A stretch of DNA of 64,000 nucleotides from a virus (Duplodnaviria > Caudoviricetes), in IMG/VR virus record IMGVR_UViG_3300032232_001064, positions 8,860 to 72,859 of that record. The stretch is one strand, 5' to 3'. The translations under genes and the position numbers were made by a program. Of the stretch, positions 1 to 8,299 are shown in pieces (the stretch's first letter is position 1; each line of letters begins with the position of its first letter). Below the pieces are notes generated by a model. The model worked only from the letters and a program-made list of their open reading frames with translations, ran no database searches and had not been told where the DNA came from.

Positions 1-492
1 GTCCTGATGCGGCCACACGTACTCGTAGGTTGCCGGCGCGGTGCCGCTGTCCTCGGCCCATCCGAACTGGCTGTACCAGTCGTAGTTTTTGCACAGCAAC
101 GCTGTCCGATGCGACGAACACAGCGTCTCGAAGTACGCTTTGTCAGTCATCCACGGCGGGAGAACCATTGCCGAGTCGATGCGGCCAAGCTGCACAGCAG
201 TGTCGTAGGTATGCAAGATTTTTGGCAACATGGTCGACTTGTAGCCGCGCGACTTCCATTCGACGTACGTTGCTGCCATGTACGCGACAAACGCGGATTC
301 GTAGCCTCGCCACATTCGAACGACAGGATGCGTCGTCCAGCCTTTTGGCGTCCGGTGATTTCCATCGGGATCTAGCTCGGTGATCGTCAGCAGACACTGC
401 CACGCTTCGAGCGTTTGCTTGTGCAAGCGTTTGTTGTCGAGCACTGATGCTGTCTCGACAAACGAGTCGGTAGAGATGAGAAAAGACTGCAA
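1..492 (-). CDS. MSMEG_6728-like / T4 endonuclease V-like pyrimidine-dimer DNA glycosylase family protein (3'-partial, runs off window)
   Basis: Not in the ORF track; translated by hand from TTG at 492 (AAGGAG RBS upstream): MQSFLISTDSFVETASVLDNKRLHKQTLEAWQCL...GWTTHPVVRMWRGYE...EWKSRGY...PPWM...SSHRTALLCKNYDWY...YVWP. The frame is open to base 1 and matches the LDxKRL.KQ / HP.V.MWRGYE / PPW / SHR pattern of this family. Confidence 0.8.
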   Translation of the reverse strand, partial: MQSFLISTDSFVETASVLDNKRLHKQTLEAWQCLLTITELDPDGNHRTPKGWTTHPVVRMWRGYESAFVAYMAATYVEWKSRGYKSTMLPKILHTYDTAVQLGRIDSAMVLPPWMTDKAYFETLCSSHRTALLCKNYDWYSQFGWAEDSGTAPATYEYVWPHQD

Positions 493-532
493 GCGTCACT
501 CCTTGTTTGCGTCGTTGCGTTGAAACTATATA

Positions 533-1780
533 TTACTTAGTTTCAAAGTACGTTTTACGCACGAAGGATCGACTGAATCCTTTGTCCGTTTCAAGCAGGT
601 ACTCGCGATCGCCGATCAACTGTCCTTGTGGCCCGTTGGGTTGGCCGTCAAGTGCGGCAACAGTTGCCTCGCCGATCCACGTAGCGGCCTGCACAGCAAC
701 GGCCTTACCCCATGTCGCGCCGAGGGCGGAGTAGTTCTTTGCCTCGACAAATGACCAATCGTCAGGAAGTCCTTGAATTCTTGCAGCCTCACGATGCGTG
801 ATGCGGCGTGGTAGCGTCGGATGGACGATATGGTCCATGGCTCCACCGGTTAGCACGTGACAGAATGAATCAGCATCCCAGCGAACAGCTGTCGAGAATC
901 CAAGATAGAAATCCTTTCTACGAACTTTCTCTTCTTGACTAAGCCATGACTGCGGGAACTTGTCGCCGTTCTTTTCGACAGCTTGCTTAAGCGCGCCGGC
1001 AAGATCGACCATCGGACCCCACCCGTCATTGCCGATGATCTCAAAGATCTCGTCAATTCGTCTGGTGTCCATGCTGATCTTGTTCATGTGGCCGTCGACG
1101 ATACCCGTTTTAGTCCGAAGGCCGGCAACAAATGGACTAGGCTCTGACTGGCCATAGCTTTGCGGCTCCCACTGGACTTCGAGGTTCTCGAGGTCGCCGA
1201 TGATGTCTCTCATTCGAGGAATCTCGGTGGGATTCGTCACTGATGCGCCAAACGGCATTCCTTGCTCGACAGCTACCCAAAAATAGCGCATCCGGTATGA
1301 GAATCCACCGACCTGCAGGTTGTTGTGCTTTACGTGGTACAGGTCATACTTCTTACCTGACAGTTCTTCAAGCATGTTGCGATATTGAAGCATCACGGCG
1401 CGACCTTGCGTATACGCCTGCTGCACACACTCGAACACTACGATCTTTGGCTTTACGCGAGCTGCGTAGCGCATGAATGCGCGCGTGTGCTCGTGCGCAG
1501 CCGAGTCAGGTCCGCGCTTATCAGCGCCTGACCACACAGACCAGCCAGAACATGGTGGACATCCGATGACAGCGTCTACGTTTGCTGTGGGCCAGTCGTT
1601 CGGATCGTCACCAAACGCGGCACTCCAGTTGTCGCCCAGATGATGTCTGTTCAACTCGGCGACAGGGTTGCCAAAGTTCAATGTCCCAGTGCGGAGCTGC
1701 ATCTCCATGCCGGACTTGACAAAGCCAAGACTCATGAACGCAGCTAGTCCATTGCAGTCGATAAATGTGTGATCGCTCAT
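533..1780 (-). CDS. C5-cytosine DNA methyltransferase homologue (atypical motif I)
   Basis: Catalytic GCPPCSGWS (motif IV), VFECV (motif VI ENV-like), YRMRYFWVA (motif VIII), HREAARIQGLPDDW (IX) and WGKAV (X). Motif I reads IDCNGLAAFMSLGF instead of FxGxGG. Start trimmed to ATG 1780 (MSDHTFID). Confidence 0.85.
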   Translation of the reverse strand: MSDHTFIDCNGLAAFMSLGFVKSGMEMQLRTGTLNFGNPVAELNRHHLGDNWSAAFGDDPNDWPTANVDAVIGCPPCSGWSVWSGADKRGPDSAAHEHTRAFMRYAARVKPKIVVFECVQQAYTQGRAVMLQYRNMLEELSGKKYDLYHVKHNNLQVGGFSYRMRYFWVAVEQGMPFGASVTNPTEIPRMRDIIGDLENLEVQWEPQSYGQSEPSPFVAGLRTKTGIVDGHMNKISMDTRRIDEIFEIIGNDGWGPMVDLAGALKQAVEKNGDKFPQSWLSQEEKVRRKDFYLGFSTAVRWDADSFCHVLTGGAMDHIVHPTLPRRITHREAARIQGLPDDWSFVEAKNYSALGATWGKAVAVQAATWIGEATVAALDGQPNGPQGQLIGDREYLLETDKGFSRSFVRKTYFETK

Positions 1781-1838
1781 TGCGTGCTCCGTATGCGGAC
1801 GATGATACTTACAACCTATCATGGCCCGGGGGAGAACA

Positions 1839-2150
1839 TTACATGAGCAGGCTGTTTTCCTTGATACCGACCTCGTAGCCGCACGCGGCGTATCCCGCAA
1901 TGTCTGTCCAAGTGTCTGGCTGGAATCCAGCGCCCGCGGCGTATCTAGCCATCTTCACTCCGACCATCGCCATCGCAACATCTTCACGTGAAAACTTGCG
2001 ATCGAATAGCACTGTCCAGATCCTGGCGATCTTTTCGAAGTTGTCCTCTGGCCCGCCGTACTGCTCATCACGTTGGCCAGAGATGATACGTGCAACTTCG
2101 AGTAGCATTTCCTCACGCGCACTTTTCTTGCTGACGGCTGGCTTTGTCAT
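1839..2150 (-). CDS. DUF6378-like phage protein
   Basis: Pattern ISGQRDEQYGGPEDNFEKIARIW...DVAMAMVGVKMAR...DTWTDIAGYAAC is typical of this small helical phage family, often found in nucleotide-metabolism clusters. Confidence 0.7.
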   Translation of the reverse strand: MTKPAVSKKSAREEMLLEVARIISGQRDEQYGGPEDNFEKIARIWTVLFDRKFSREDVAMAMVGVKMARYAAGAGFQPDTWTDIAGYAACGYEVGIKENSLLM

Positions 2151-2368
2151 ACTGGCCGCACCTTTGGGTCAACCTTAATTCGTGCTACATACGAGATCCT
2201 GTACATCGGCGGATCGTATTTTGAAGATTCGCGTGTGAGGTGCATTTCAGCGTCAGTTGGCAGCATCGCGGTTTCATCATCTACGATTACGCGCCACTCT
2301 TCAACGAGAGCCTTGATCGCTTCGTCCATAGTCGCGCCCGTTTCTTCGATTGTCACCGTGACTCTCAT
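2147..2368 (-). CDS. hypothetical protein
   Basis: 73-aa ORF with 4-nt overlaps to both neighbours (translational coupling). Confidence 0.65.
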   Translation of the reverse strand: MRVTVTIEETGATMDEAIKALVEEWRVIVDDETAMLPTDAEMHLTRESSKYDPPMYRISYVARIKVDPKVRPV

Positions 2369-2583
2369 GATCCGCTTTCCTCTTCGTATTCCGCTAGATC
2401 TTTGAACATGGCGCTGTCCCCAAATCCAAGGCGCCGGTAGTCAAGGCCGCCGTCGACAAACACCCGTGTCTGCGAATCTGGCGGGCAACTGCACGTGACG
2501 AAATCGTGAACATGCTTGGATTCGATCGTTGTGTTGCAGTGAGCACAGTGAACTGCGTTGCGCTTTAGACGGCGACTACTCAT
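2365..2583 (-). CDS. small Zn-ribbon phage protein
   Basis: RNAVHCAHCNTTIESKHVHDFVTCSC...VDGGLDYRR: CxxC...CxC pattern common in phages; coupled overlaps. Confidence 0.75.
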   Translation of the reverse strand: MSSRRLKRNAVHCAHCNTTIESKHVHDFVTCSCPPDSQTRVFVDGGLDYRRLGFGDSAMFKDLAEYEEESGS

Positions 2584-2825
2584 AGTTCTGCTACTTTCTT
2601 TTCAAGCCGGTACGGAGCATGTCGCGCACCGGATACGTAGGGAAGTCTTAGGTCAATTGTCGTGACGTGTACATCGCCGTCTTTTACGTCGATCACTCGG
2701 ACAAGCCGCCCGTTGTGTATCTTTCCGGCCGCGGTTTTATAAGCATCGAACTTTACGCGGAGAACGTCACCGGTTTTAAGGTCACTGGCCGAAACATCAG
2801 CCCACAAGGAGTTCACAGCGCTCAT
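2580..2825 (-). CDS. hypothetical protein (SH3-like beta pattern)
   Basis: Start at ATG 2825 gives an ATGA overlap with the upstream stop; LKTGDVLRV...GRLVRVIDVKDGDVHV is a beta-barrel-like pattern. Confidence 0.6.
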   Translation of the reverse strand: MSAVNSLWADVSASDLKTGDVLRVKFDAYKTAAGKIHNGRLVRVIDVKDGDVHVTTIDLRLPYVSGARHAPYRLEKKVAEL

Positions 2826-3295
2826 CGCTGAGGACACTGCACTTCAGTGCACGCTGACGTGTCATAGTCGTCGAGAGCCCGAGCGCACTGTGCGCACTTC
2901 ATTCCTGTATCAAGAACTCGGTATCCCTTTTTCTGTCGATCAGCGTTGAGCTGCATCTTGTTCAAGTATGCGAGGTCAAGTTCGTCGTCTGTTGCGCCAG
3001 CTGCGCACAGAATGTTCGCGACAAAGTGCAGAACATCGACGCATTCTTTGAGGATTTCACGACGATCGGCGTACGGGTCGTCGTGCTGCCACGGCTTCCA
3101 AGAAATTGCCTTACGCACCTCGGCAAGTTCGTCGTCAATGGCAAGCATGTTCCAACGAATATACTCGATGAGTGCGCGAAGATTTTCTGGTTCGTCGCTG
3201 TGAAAGACTGTGTAATCGACTCCGTAGGCTGTTTGCTGCAACTTTCGCGTAGCGTCTAGCCACTTGTGAAACAGGTAGTTGTTTGTCTCGCTCAA
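2822..3295 (-). CDS. all-alpha NTP pyrophosphatase, dimeric dUTPase / T4 gp56-like dCTPase
   Basis: AIDDELAEV...SWKPWQ...KECVDVLHFVAN gives the acidic metal-binding ExxE/ExxD pairs and the WKPW motif of the dUTPase_2/gp56 family. Confidence 0.8.
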   Translation of the reverse strand: MSETNNYLFHKWLDATRKLQQTAYGVDYTVFHSDEPENLRALIEYIRWNMLAIDDELAEVRKAISWKPWQHDDPYADRREILKECVDVLHFVANILCAAGATDDELDLAYLNKMQLNADRQKKGYRVLDTGMKCAQCARALDDYDTSACTEVQCPQR

Positions 3296-4302
3296 AACCC
3301 TAGCTCCTTGATCAATGCTTCGACAGAGTCATCGACCTTAGGCGTCGATGATAGAAAATCTTTTCGTTGCGCCATGGCGATCTCGAACCTGTCGATCTGT
3401 GACATGTCCTCGATGGTTGACGGTAAGCACGTCCATGATTCGCCAAGCCAGCTCGCCGACCGCCAGTCGGTCGCTACGACAGTGCCGGTGTTTACAGCTT
3501 GGATCATGCGAGGATTCCACCATAAAAGCCCTCCGTCGCTCGGAGCAATCATAACACCAGAGCACGTCAAAAGCCGTGCCTCAATGGCGTCATCAATCTC
3601 ACCTTTGTGTTCTTTGGCCGGCATCCAATTCCAAGTGAGCCCGTGTTTCACAGTCTCGAACCACTTTGACTTCGGCGTGTCGACGCACCAGAATGGACTT
3701 CTACCTCCTGGCAAAAAGCCACCGCCGACCTTGACTAACGCGGCGTCGACGTTGATAGCAACCACGGACGACGGGTCAGCATCAATACGTCTAGCGACAT
3801 CAGTGTTGCTTACGCCAACAGACGCCGGAAAGATTGTTCGCGGCGTCCAACCAGTAAGCATTCGCGCGGCTGTCCAGTCGAGTCGCGCGCGTAGCTCGGT
3901 ATCATCGAGAACGGCGCCATAGCCCTTTCTAGCGCGGTAGAGAGGCTTGACAAGATTGTCTGGCACACGATTTATCGCGCGAAAACTGGCCGGGATTTTG
4001 TCTGGGTCCGGTGCGTCAATCAGTAGCCGCAACTTCTCGCTATAGAAAAGAGAGTCTATTACGCTAAGTGCACCGTAGGCGTTGTTTGCACTAAGACTCA
4101 GGACTGGCGATACTCCAACAATGACAGAGTCGTACTCGTCGAATTCCGTAGCGTCTTTTGCAATCCACGGTTCACGATGATCGACTTCAATGTCTGCTTT
4201 TTGAAGTAACTTGGCGACAGCACCAGAGAATGTAGCATTCCTCTTTGCCAAACGTGCAGATGTCTGAGGAGCTGCCATTCCGGTGATAAGAACTTTTTTC
4301 AT
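3292..4302 (-). CDS. putative glycosyltransferase-like (GT-B) DNA-modification protein
   Basis: N-terminal Rossmann-like KKVLITG; C-terminal LLWWNPRMIQAVNTGTVVATDW resembles the GT-B donor-binding segment; coupled to the nucleotidyltransferase gene. Family assignment is tentative. Confidence 0.5.
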   Translation of the reverse strand: MKKVLITGMAAPQTSARLAKRNATFSGAVAKLLQKADIEVDHREPWIAKDATEFDEYDSVIVGVSPVLSLSANNAYGALSVIDSLFYSEKLRLLIDAPDPDKIPASFRAINRVPDNLVKPLYRARKGYGAVLDDTELRARLDWTAARMLTGWTPRTIFPASVGVSNTDVARRIDADPSSVVAINVDAALVKVGGGFLPGGRSPFWCVDTPKSKWFETVKHGLTWNWMPAKEHKGEIDDAIEARLLTCSGVMIAPSDGGLLWWNPRMIQAVNTGTVVATDWRSASWLGESWTCLPSTIEDMSQIDRFEIAMAQRKDFLSSTPKVDDSVEALIKELGF

Positions 4303-5042
4303 TACGCGTTGTCATTCTGTTGTTGGATATAGACAGACGGGATTCCTACATCAAATGCCTCAACGTCAAACAGTGACGTGTCGACGCTCATGATTTGGTC
4401 AAGGTGCGGACCGATCTTAATTTCTGCACCGTCATTTGTGATGTGACTATTCAGAAACGCGCGAGAAAGCACACTCGAGGCGACCTCAGTGTCGAATACG
4501 AGTGGTCCGCACCAGACTACAGATTCGCGAGTGAGTGGCCAGACATCTTCTTGGTTGATTTCAACGCCTTCAACGTATGAGTACAGTCCGCTAGGACGCA
4601 GCCTGACTCTCGTGAACCTAGCTGCCTTGTCAAGCTCGACATACCTGATCCCGACGGCGTCACAGTCCGTTCTTCTTACAGTGTCGGCCATTTCTACAAT
4701 GGTGTCGGTATTCATGATGTTGTCGCTCATCAAAAGCATCGTCTTTTTCGAAAGAACTTGTTCAATCCCGAGCATCGCTGCATGGCCAGGGCCAAATGGA
4801 TGCTCTTGAACTATGGTCGAAACCCAGGGACCGTATTCTGCAGTGATCTGCTCAATGTCGTCGGCGTTGCTCGGCGAAACAACAATGGTCACATGGTCTA
4901 CTTGCGCGGCGTCAGCGTATTGAATTGCGTATTTCAGTAGCGGAATGCCGTTCAATTCAAGAAGTGGCTTAAAGAATGGCTTTGCTAGTCCTTCCATCCG
5001 TTGACCACGACCTGCCGCAAGTATTACTGCTTCCAATGCCAT
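4302..5042 (-). CDS. sugar-phosphate nucleotidyltransferase (NTP_transferase family)
   Basis: VILAAGRGQRM...KPLLELNGIPLLKY signature, EHPFGPGHAA, LLMSDN, and C-terminal DVG. Confidence 0.9.
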   Translation of the reverse strand: MALEAVILAAGRGQRMEGLAKPFFKPLLELNGIPLLKYAIQYADAAQVDHVTIVVSPSNADDIEQITAEYGPWVSTIVQEHPFGPGHAAMLGIEQVLSKKTMLLMSDNIMNTDTIVEMADTVRRTDCDAVGIRYVELDKAARFTRVRLRPSGLYSYVEGVEINQEDVWPLTRESVVWCGPLVFDTEVASSVLSRAFLNSHITNDGAEIKIGPHLDQIMSVDTSLFDVEAFDVGIPSVYIQQQNDNA

Positions 5043-5542
5043 TCCTGCTTTGCCCAGATAAAGTCCCAGCCTGCAAGCATTGCAGGCCTGTGACCCTCGA
5101 TCCTGTCGTCGACGTACGTTCCAGTGTCGCTGATGTTTTGCATGATCATGAGCCGGTCGTCTGTCGAGATGCTCGACGCGAGTAGCGCATGGTGGTCTAA
5201 TCCCAGTTCCGACAGGATGGTCTTAGCGACCTCCTGGGTTGCACCAGTCACATAAAAGACCTGAGTGTCGTTGCGCTGTTCGAGCGCGGCCATGATCTGC
5301 GCGAAAGGAAGAGCATTTCGCTTGACTGCGCCGCTCTTCAGTACCTTTACGTACTCGCGTGTCTTTGTCGCATGGAGTTGCTCAGCGAGTTCATACGAGC
5401 CAACCGCACCTGGCAGCCACGTGTTCCACGGATGACCCCAAGCTTCGAGCGGCATGTCAACGCCGATGTGCTTGTACGATTCGCGCACAAGTTCACGTGA
5501 GTCAATGAGAACGCCGTCAATGTCTGAACACCAATACTTCAT
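5024..5542 (-). CDS. HAD-superfamily phosphatase
   Basis: Motif I DIDGVLIDS, motif II VTG, motif IV YVDD. Confidence 0.85.
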   Translation of the reverse strand: MKYWCSDIDGVLIDSRELVRESYKHIGVDMPLEAWGHPWNTWLPGAVGSYELAEQLHATKTREYVKVLKSGAVKRNALPFAQIMAALEQRNDTQVFYVTGATQEVAKTILSELGLDHHALLASSISTDDRLMIMQNISDTGTYVDDRIEGHRPAMLAGWDFIWAKQEWHWKQ

Positions 5543-5544
5543 TT

Positions 5545-6312
5545 TTATCTCCGTTCAATCGCTCTATCGAGAACAGAAAGCACAGATTTTACCGAGTTCG
5601 GCATGTTCTGAATGACGTATGGAAGAGCACGAACCACGTGGATAGTCGCCCACGCTTCGCCGACTGCGAAAAGCTCATCATCGGCTATCGCCTTTTTGAG
5701 ATCTCGCCTTGTAAAGGCTGAAAAACCGGTTGCGTACTTGGCGTGCTCCCAACCGCACGCGCTTTGCAGCATTTTTCCGATGTCGACAGCCGGTGAATCC
5801 GGGACTACCTCAGTTGCTTGGATTGGATCAATGAGAACTTTACCAAAGCCTGGTCTGTACATCACGTTTTCAGCTGTCGGATCGCCGTGCGTCAATGCGT
5901 GGTGCATCTCAAATGCGCCGGCGGCTGCTGTCTCTGCGTCACTCAGTATCTGACTTTTTGTTGTGTCTGAAATTATACCACTTAGCCACGTATCTATCGT
6001 GATCTGCATCTTCTCGAGAAGTAGACCAAGAGTCGACTGTGTAGGTGGTGCGACCGGAGGTTGAATCCAAACGTAGCTACGAAGCATCTCGACCATCTCG
6101 CTCGGATCAACTTCCCAGTAGTCGATGAACTCTAGCTTTTCCATGATGTATCCATCGGAAAGAAGAGCATAGACATGGGGAAACATTGAACCGACGCTAT
6201 GTATGACGATCCACTCGCCCTGCGCGCGCGTTCTTGCGCCGTCGCCGCCTTGCTTGGTGACGGTGTGTCCGTCGCCGTTATTGGTGACTACCGCGCCGGA
6301 CAATCCTCTCAT
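5545..6312 (-). CDS. APH/choline-kinase-fold phosphotransferase (putative sugar kinase)
   Basis: G-loop-like RGLSGA, VTK lysine, Brenner motif HGDPTAENVM, metal-binding LIDP, and DIGKMLQS. Confidence 0.85.
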   Translation of the reverse strand: MRGLSGAVVTNNGDGHTVTKQGGDGARTRAQGEWIVIHSVGSMFPHVYALLSDGYIMEKLEFIDYWEVDPSEMVEMLRSYVWIQPPVAPPTQSTLGLLLEKMQITIDTWLSGIISDTTKSQILSDAETAAAGAFEMHHALTHGDPTAENVMYRPGFGKVLIDPIQATEVVPDSPAVDIGKMLQSACGWEHAKYATGFSAFTRRDLKKAIADDELFAVGEAWATIHVVRALPYVIQNMPNSVKSVLSVLDRAIERR

Positions 6313-7550
6313 GAGAACGCACTCTCGATCATCACCTCAGCGGTCTTTCGAGGATCGTTTCTTGTGCGAAGAACTTCGCGGTTGTGCTGCGCGATTGCGA
6401 TGTGGTCAGCTTCTGGGATTTCAAGGCATGTCTGAAATGCGTCAGCGCACTTCTTGATTACCTCTATTCCTTCGTCTTTTACAAGACGACCCTGCGTCGG
6501 GGAACCTTTATACCAGTCGAGCACCATCATACGGAACTGAGAATCTGAAAGGTGGCCGGGCACGATACAGAGTGCGCCGGCATCTGCGGCCTCAAGCGTC
6601 GAGTATTCGACAAGCCCGCGCGCGAAATTGTGCGCGGTCAAATTCATGTGAACGCGGAACCGCTGAGCGATCTTTGACGAATCAACATAGTTCCCGAGGT
6701 ACCGAACAAGCGCGTGACCTTCGACACGCGCATCCCACGGATACGGCGTGATGATATTGCCGTCGGTTCGTTCAGTCTCTGTATCGAGATTCTTGTGATA
6801 ACGAAGCACCTTCGCGCCAAAGTGTTCTCTAAGAAGTTCATAGACGATGAACGTCGGCGACGGGCCAAGTCCGACAGAGCATGATCCCCAGACCTCAACG
6901 GTGACGTCTGGGTCTAGGAACACGCCGGTCATAGCGACAACAGGCTGCCCCTTGTTGTAGATAAACCGGCCTGACGTGCCAACGATCTTTTCGCGCTGGA
7001 CCGGGGCGTCGATCTCGAACTTCGGGATATAGGGCATAGGACCCTTAATCCAATCGACAGCCTTGAAAATGTCATTGCTATAGAGCGCAGAATCTTCGCT
7101 CATCGTGACAAGCTTGGTCCCACGCGATGGCGACTCAAGAAGCTTCGCAACGAACGGCACATCTTTGTCCGGGTAGAACGAACCGTGCAGCGACGTTGTC
7201 CACGGGGTCTTGGTCCGTAGGAGCGCGTCGACGTACTCAGGCAACGCGCCGCCACCTGCCTTTATCGCGGTCTTGTCGTGAAGCGGGATCTTAATTTCTG
7301 GAAGTACAACCATGTCATAGGTGTCAAGGCATTGAACAATGTCGACTGTTTTGACTGTGACGTCGGGAGCTTCACTCCACCACCGTCCACCAGGCTGTGG
7401 CTTTCCCCACGACGAACGCGCACGACCACTCTTCGTGTACGACACGACATCTGCTTCGTGACCAAGTGCCTTGAATCCGTAACGCAGACGAAACGCCCAC
7501 GCCGTCGGTCCCTTTACTCCAGGCTCTGGCTCAAGAATAGCGACTTTCAT
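6309..7550 (-). CDS. GT-B (GT4-like) glycosyltransferase
   Basis: LGHEADVV N-terminal motif, GTSGRFIYNKG (GR...KG), and GLVEYSTLEAADAGALCIV matching the GT4 Ex7E-region pattern (LEA..AG). Confidence 0.75.
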   Translation of the reverse strand: MKVAILEPEPGVKGPTAWAFRLRYGFKALGHEADVVSYTKSGRARSSWGKPQPGGRWWSEAPDVTVKTVDIVQCLDTYDMVVLPEIKIPLHDKTAIKAGGGALPEYVDALLRTKTPWTTSLHGSFYPDKDVPFVAKLLESPSRGTKLVTMSEDSALYSNDIFKAVDWIKGPMPYIPKFEIDAPVQREKIVGTSGRFIYNKGQPVVAMTGVFLDPDVTVEVWGSCSVGLGPSPTFIVYELLREHFGAKVLRYHKNLDTETERTDGNIITPYPWDARVEGHALVRYLGNYVDSSKIAQRFRVHMNLTAHNFARGLVEYSTLEAADAGALCIVPGHLSDSQFRMMVLDWYKGSPTQGRLVKDEGIEVIKKCADAFQTCLEIPEADHIAIAQHNREVLRTRNDPRKTAEVMIESAFS

Positions 7551-7632
7551 TCCATCTCCAAAACGTCTTTATCTCTTCAGTGTGTAAGCTATCACGGATT
7601 GATTGGCGAATCATGCAAAGCTCGCCAAAATG

Positions 7633-7680
7633 CAACGTGGAGGGCGTACTCGTTTGCACGAGCAGAGGCCCTCCACGTTG
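7633..7680 (-). terminator. stem-loop downstream of the SSB gene (probable intrinsic terminator)
   Basis: 13-bp perfect inverted repeat CAACGTGGAGGGC/GCCCTCCACGTTG plus inner CTCGT/ACGAG stem with a GCAA loop, followed by CATTTT on the minus strand. Confidence 0.7.
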
Positions 7681-7696
7681 ACTGGGTGTTCTTGGC

Positions 7697-8275
7697 TCAG
7701 AACGGAGCGCTGGGCGGAGTGTCGCCTGCAGCCGCCGGCTGCTCGGCAACTGCCTCAACGACAGGTGCAGGGGCCGGTGCAGGGGCCGGTGCGGGTGCCG
7801 GTGCAGGGGCCGGTGCGGGTGCCGGTGCAGGCGCAGGAGCGGGTGCCGCTGCAGCCACAGTGCCGGCTGCCGTTGTGGCGTAGTACGCCTTGACCTCGTT
7901 CTTCTTCTGTCCCTGCCACACACGGCTGCCGACCTGTGCGCGGAACGAGCGTCCCTTGAGCGCCTGCTCGATCTGAGCGTTGGTCGGGTTGGTCGAGAAG
8001 AATTCACGACCCAGGCCGAGTGCGCCCATCTTGCGGAAGAAAATGCCGAGCGCGTTGGGGTTGTCGGTCGAGACGACCAGGTTGTCCCACACGAGGCGCT
8101 TGGCGTGCGCGCCGGTGAGGACCTGCGCCTTGATGGCGAACATCGTCTTGCCGGTCTGTGTCTGCTTGGCGGTTGCCTCCATGATTGTGAGGTCGTAGTC
8201 GCCGTCGGGCAGCGGATCATAGCTGCCGACGTCGCCTGCGTCCTTGATGAGGTCGCCCCAGTTGAGTGTGCTCAT
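7697..8275 (-). CDS. DUF669-like phage ssDNA-binding protein
   Basis: YDPLPDGDYDLTI...KTMFAIKAQVLTG...RLVWDNL core, (PA)n linker and acidic/aromatic C-terminal tip (..SAPF); lies next to AAA_24 and the exonuclease. Confidence 0.75.
   Translation of the reverse strand: MSTLNWGDLIKDAGDVGSYDPLPDGDYDLTIMEATAKQTQTGKTMFAIKAQVLTGAHAKRLVWDNLVVSTDNPNALGIFFRKMGALGLGREFFSTNPTNAQIEQALKGRSFRAQVGSRVWQGQKKNEVKAYYATTAAGTVAAAAPAPAPAPAPAPAPAPAPAPAPAPAPAPVVEAVAEQPAAAGDTPPSAPF
7764..7847 (-). repeat. low-complexity hexamer repeat encoding a (Pro-Ala)n linker
   Basis: Tandem GCACCG/GCCCCT-type units, in frame with APAPAPAP... Confidence 0.9.
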
Positions 8276-8299
8276 TGGAATGTGTCTTTCTCTTGTTGC

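Noticed and set aside
143-499. 118-aa minus-strand ORF in the track (and plus-strand ORFs 7..375, 30..383)
   Set aside because: These overlap a different minus frame (TTG 492 to the edge) that has an RBS and a recognisable glycosylase-family sequence; the listed ORFs are shadows.
7764-7847. Tandem GC-rich repeat as a possible CRISPR or regulatory array
   Set aside because: It has no spacers and is an in-frame hexamer repeat encoding a Pro-Ala linker in the SSB.
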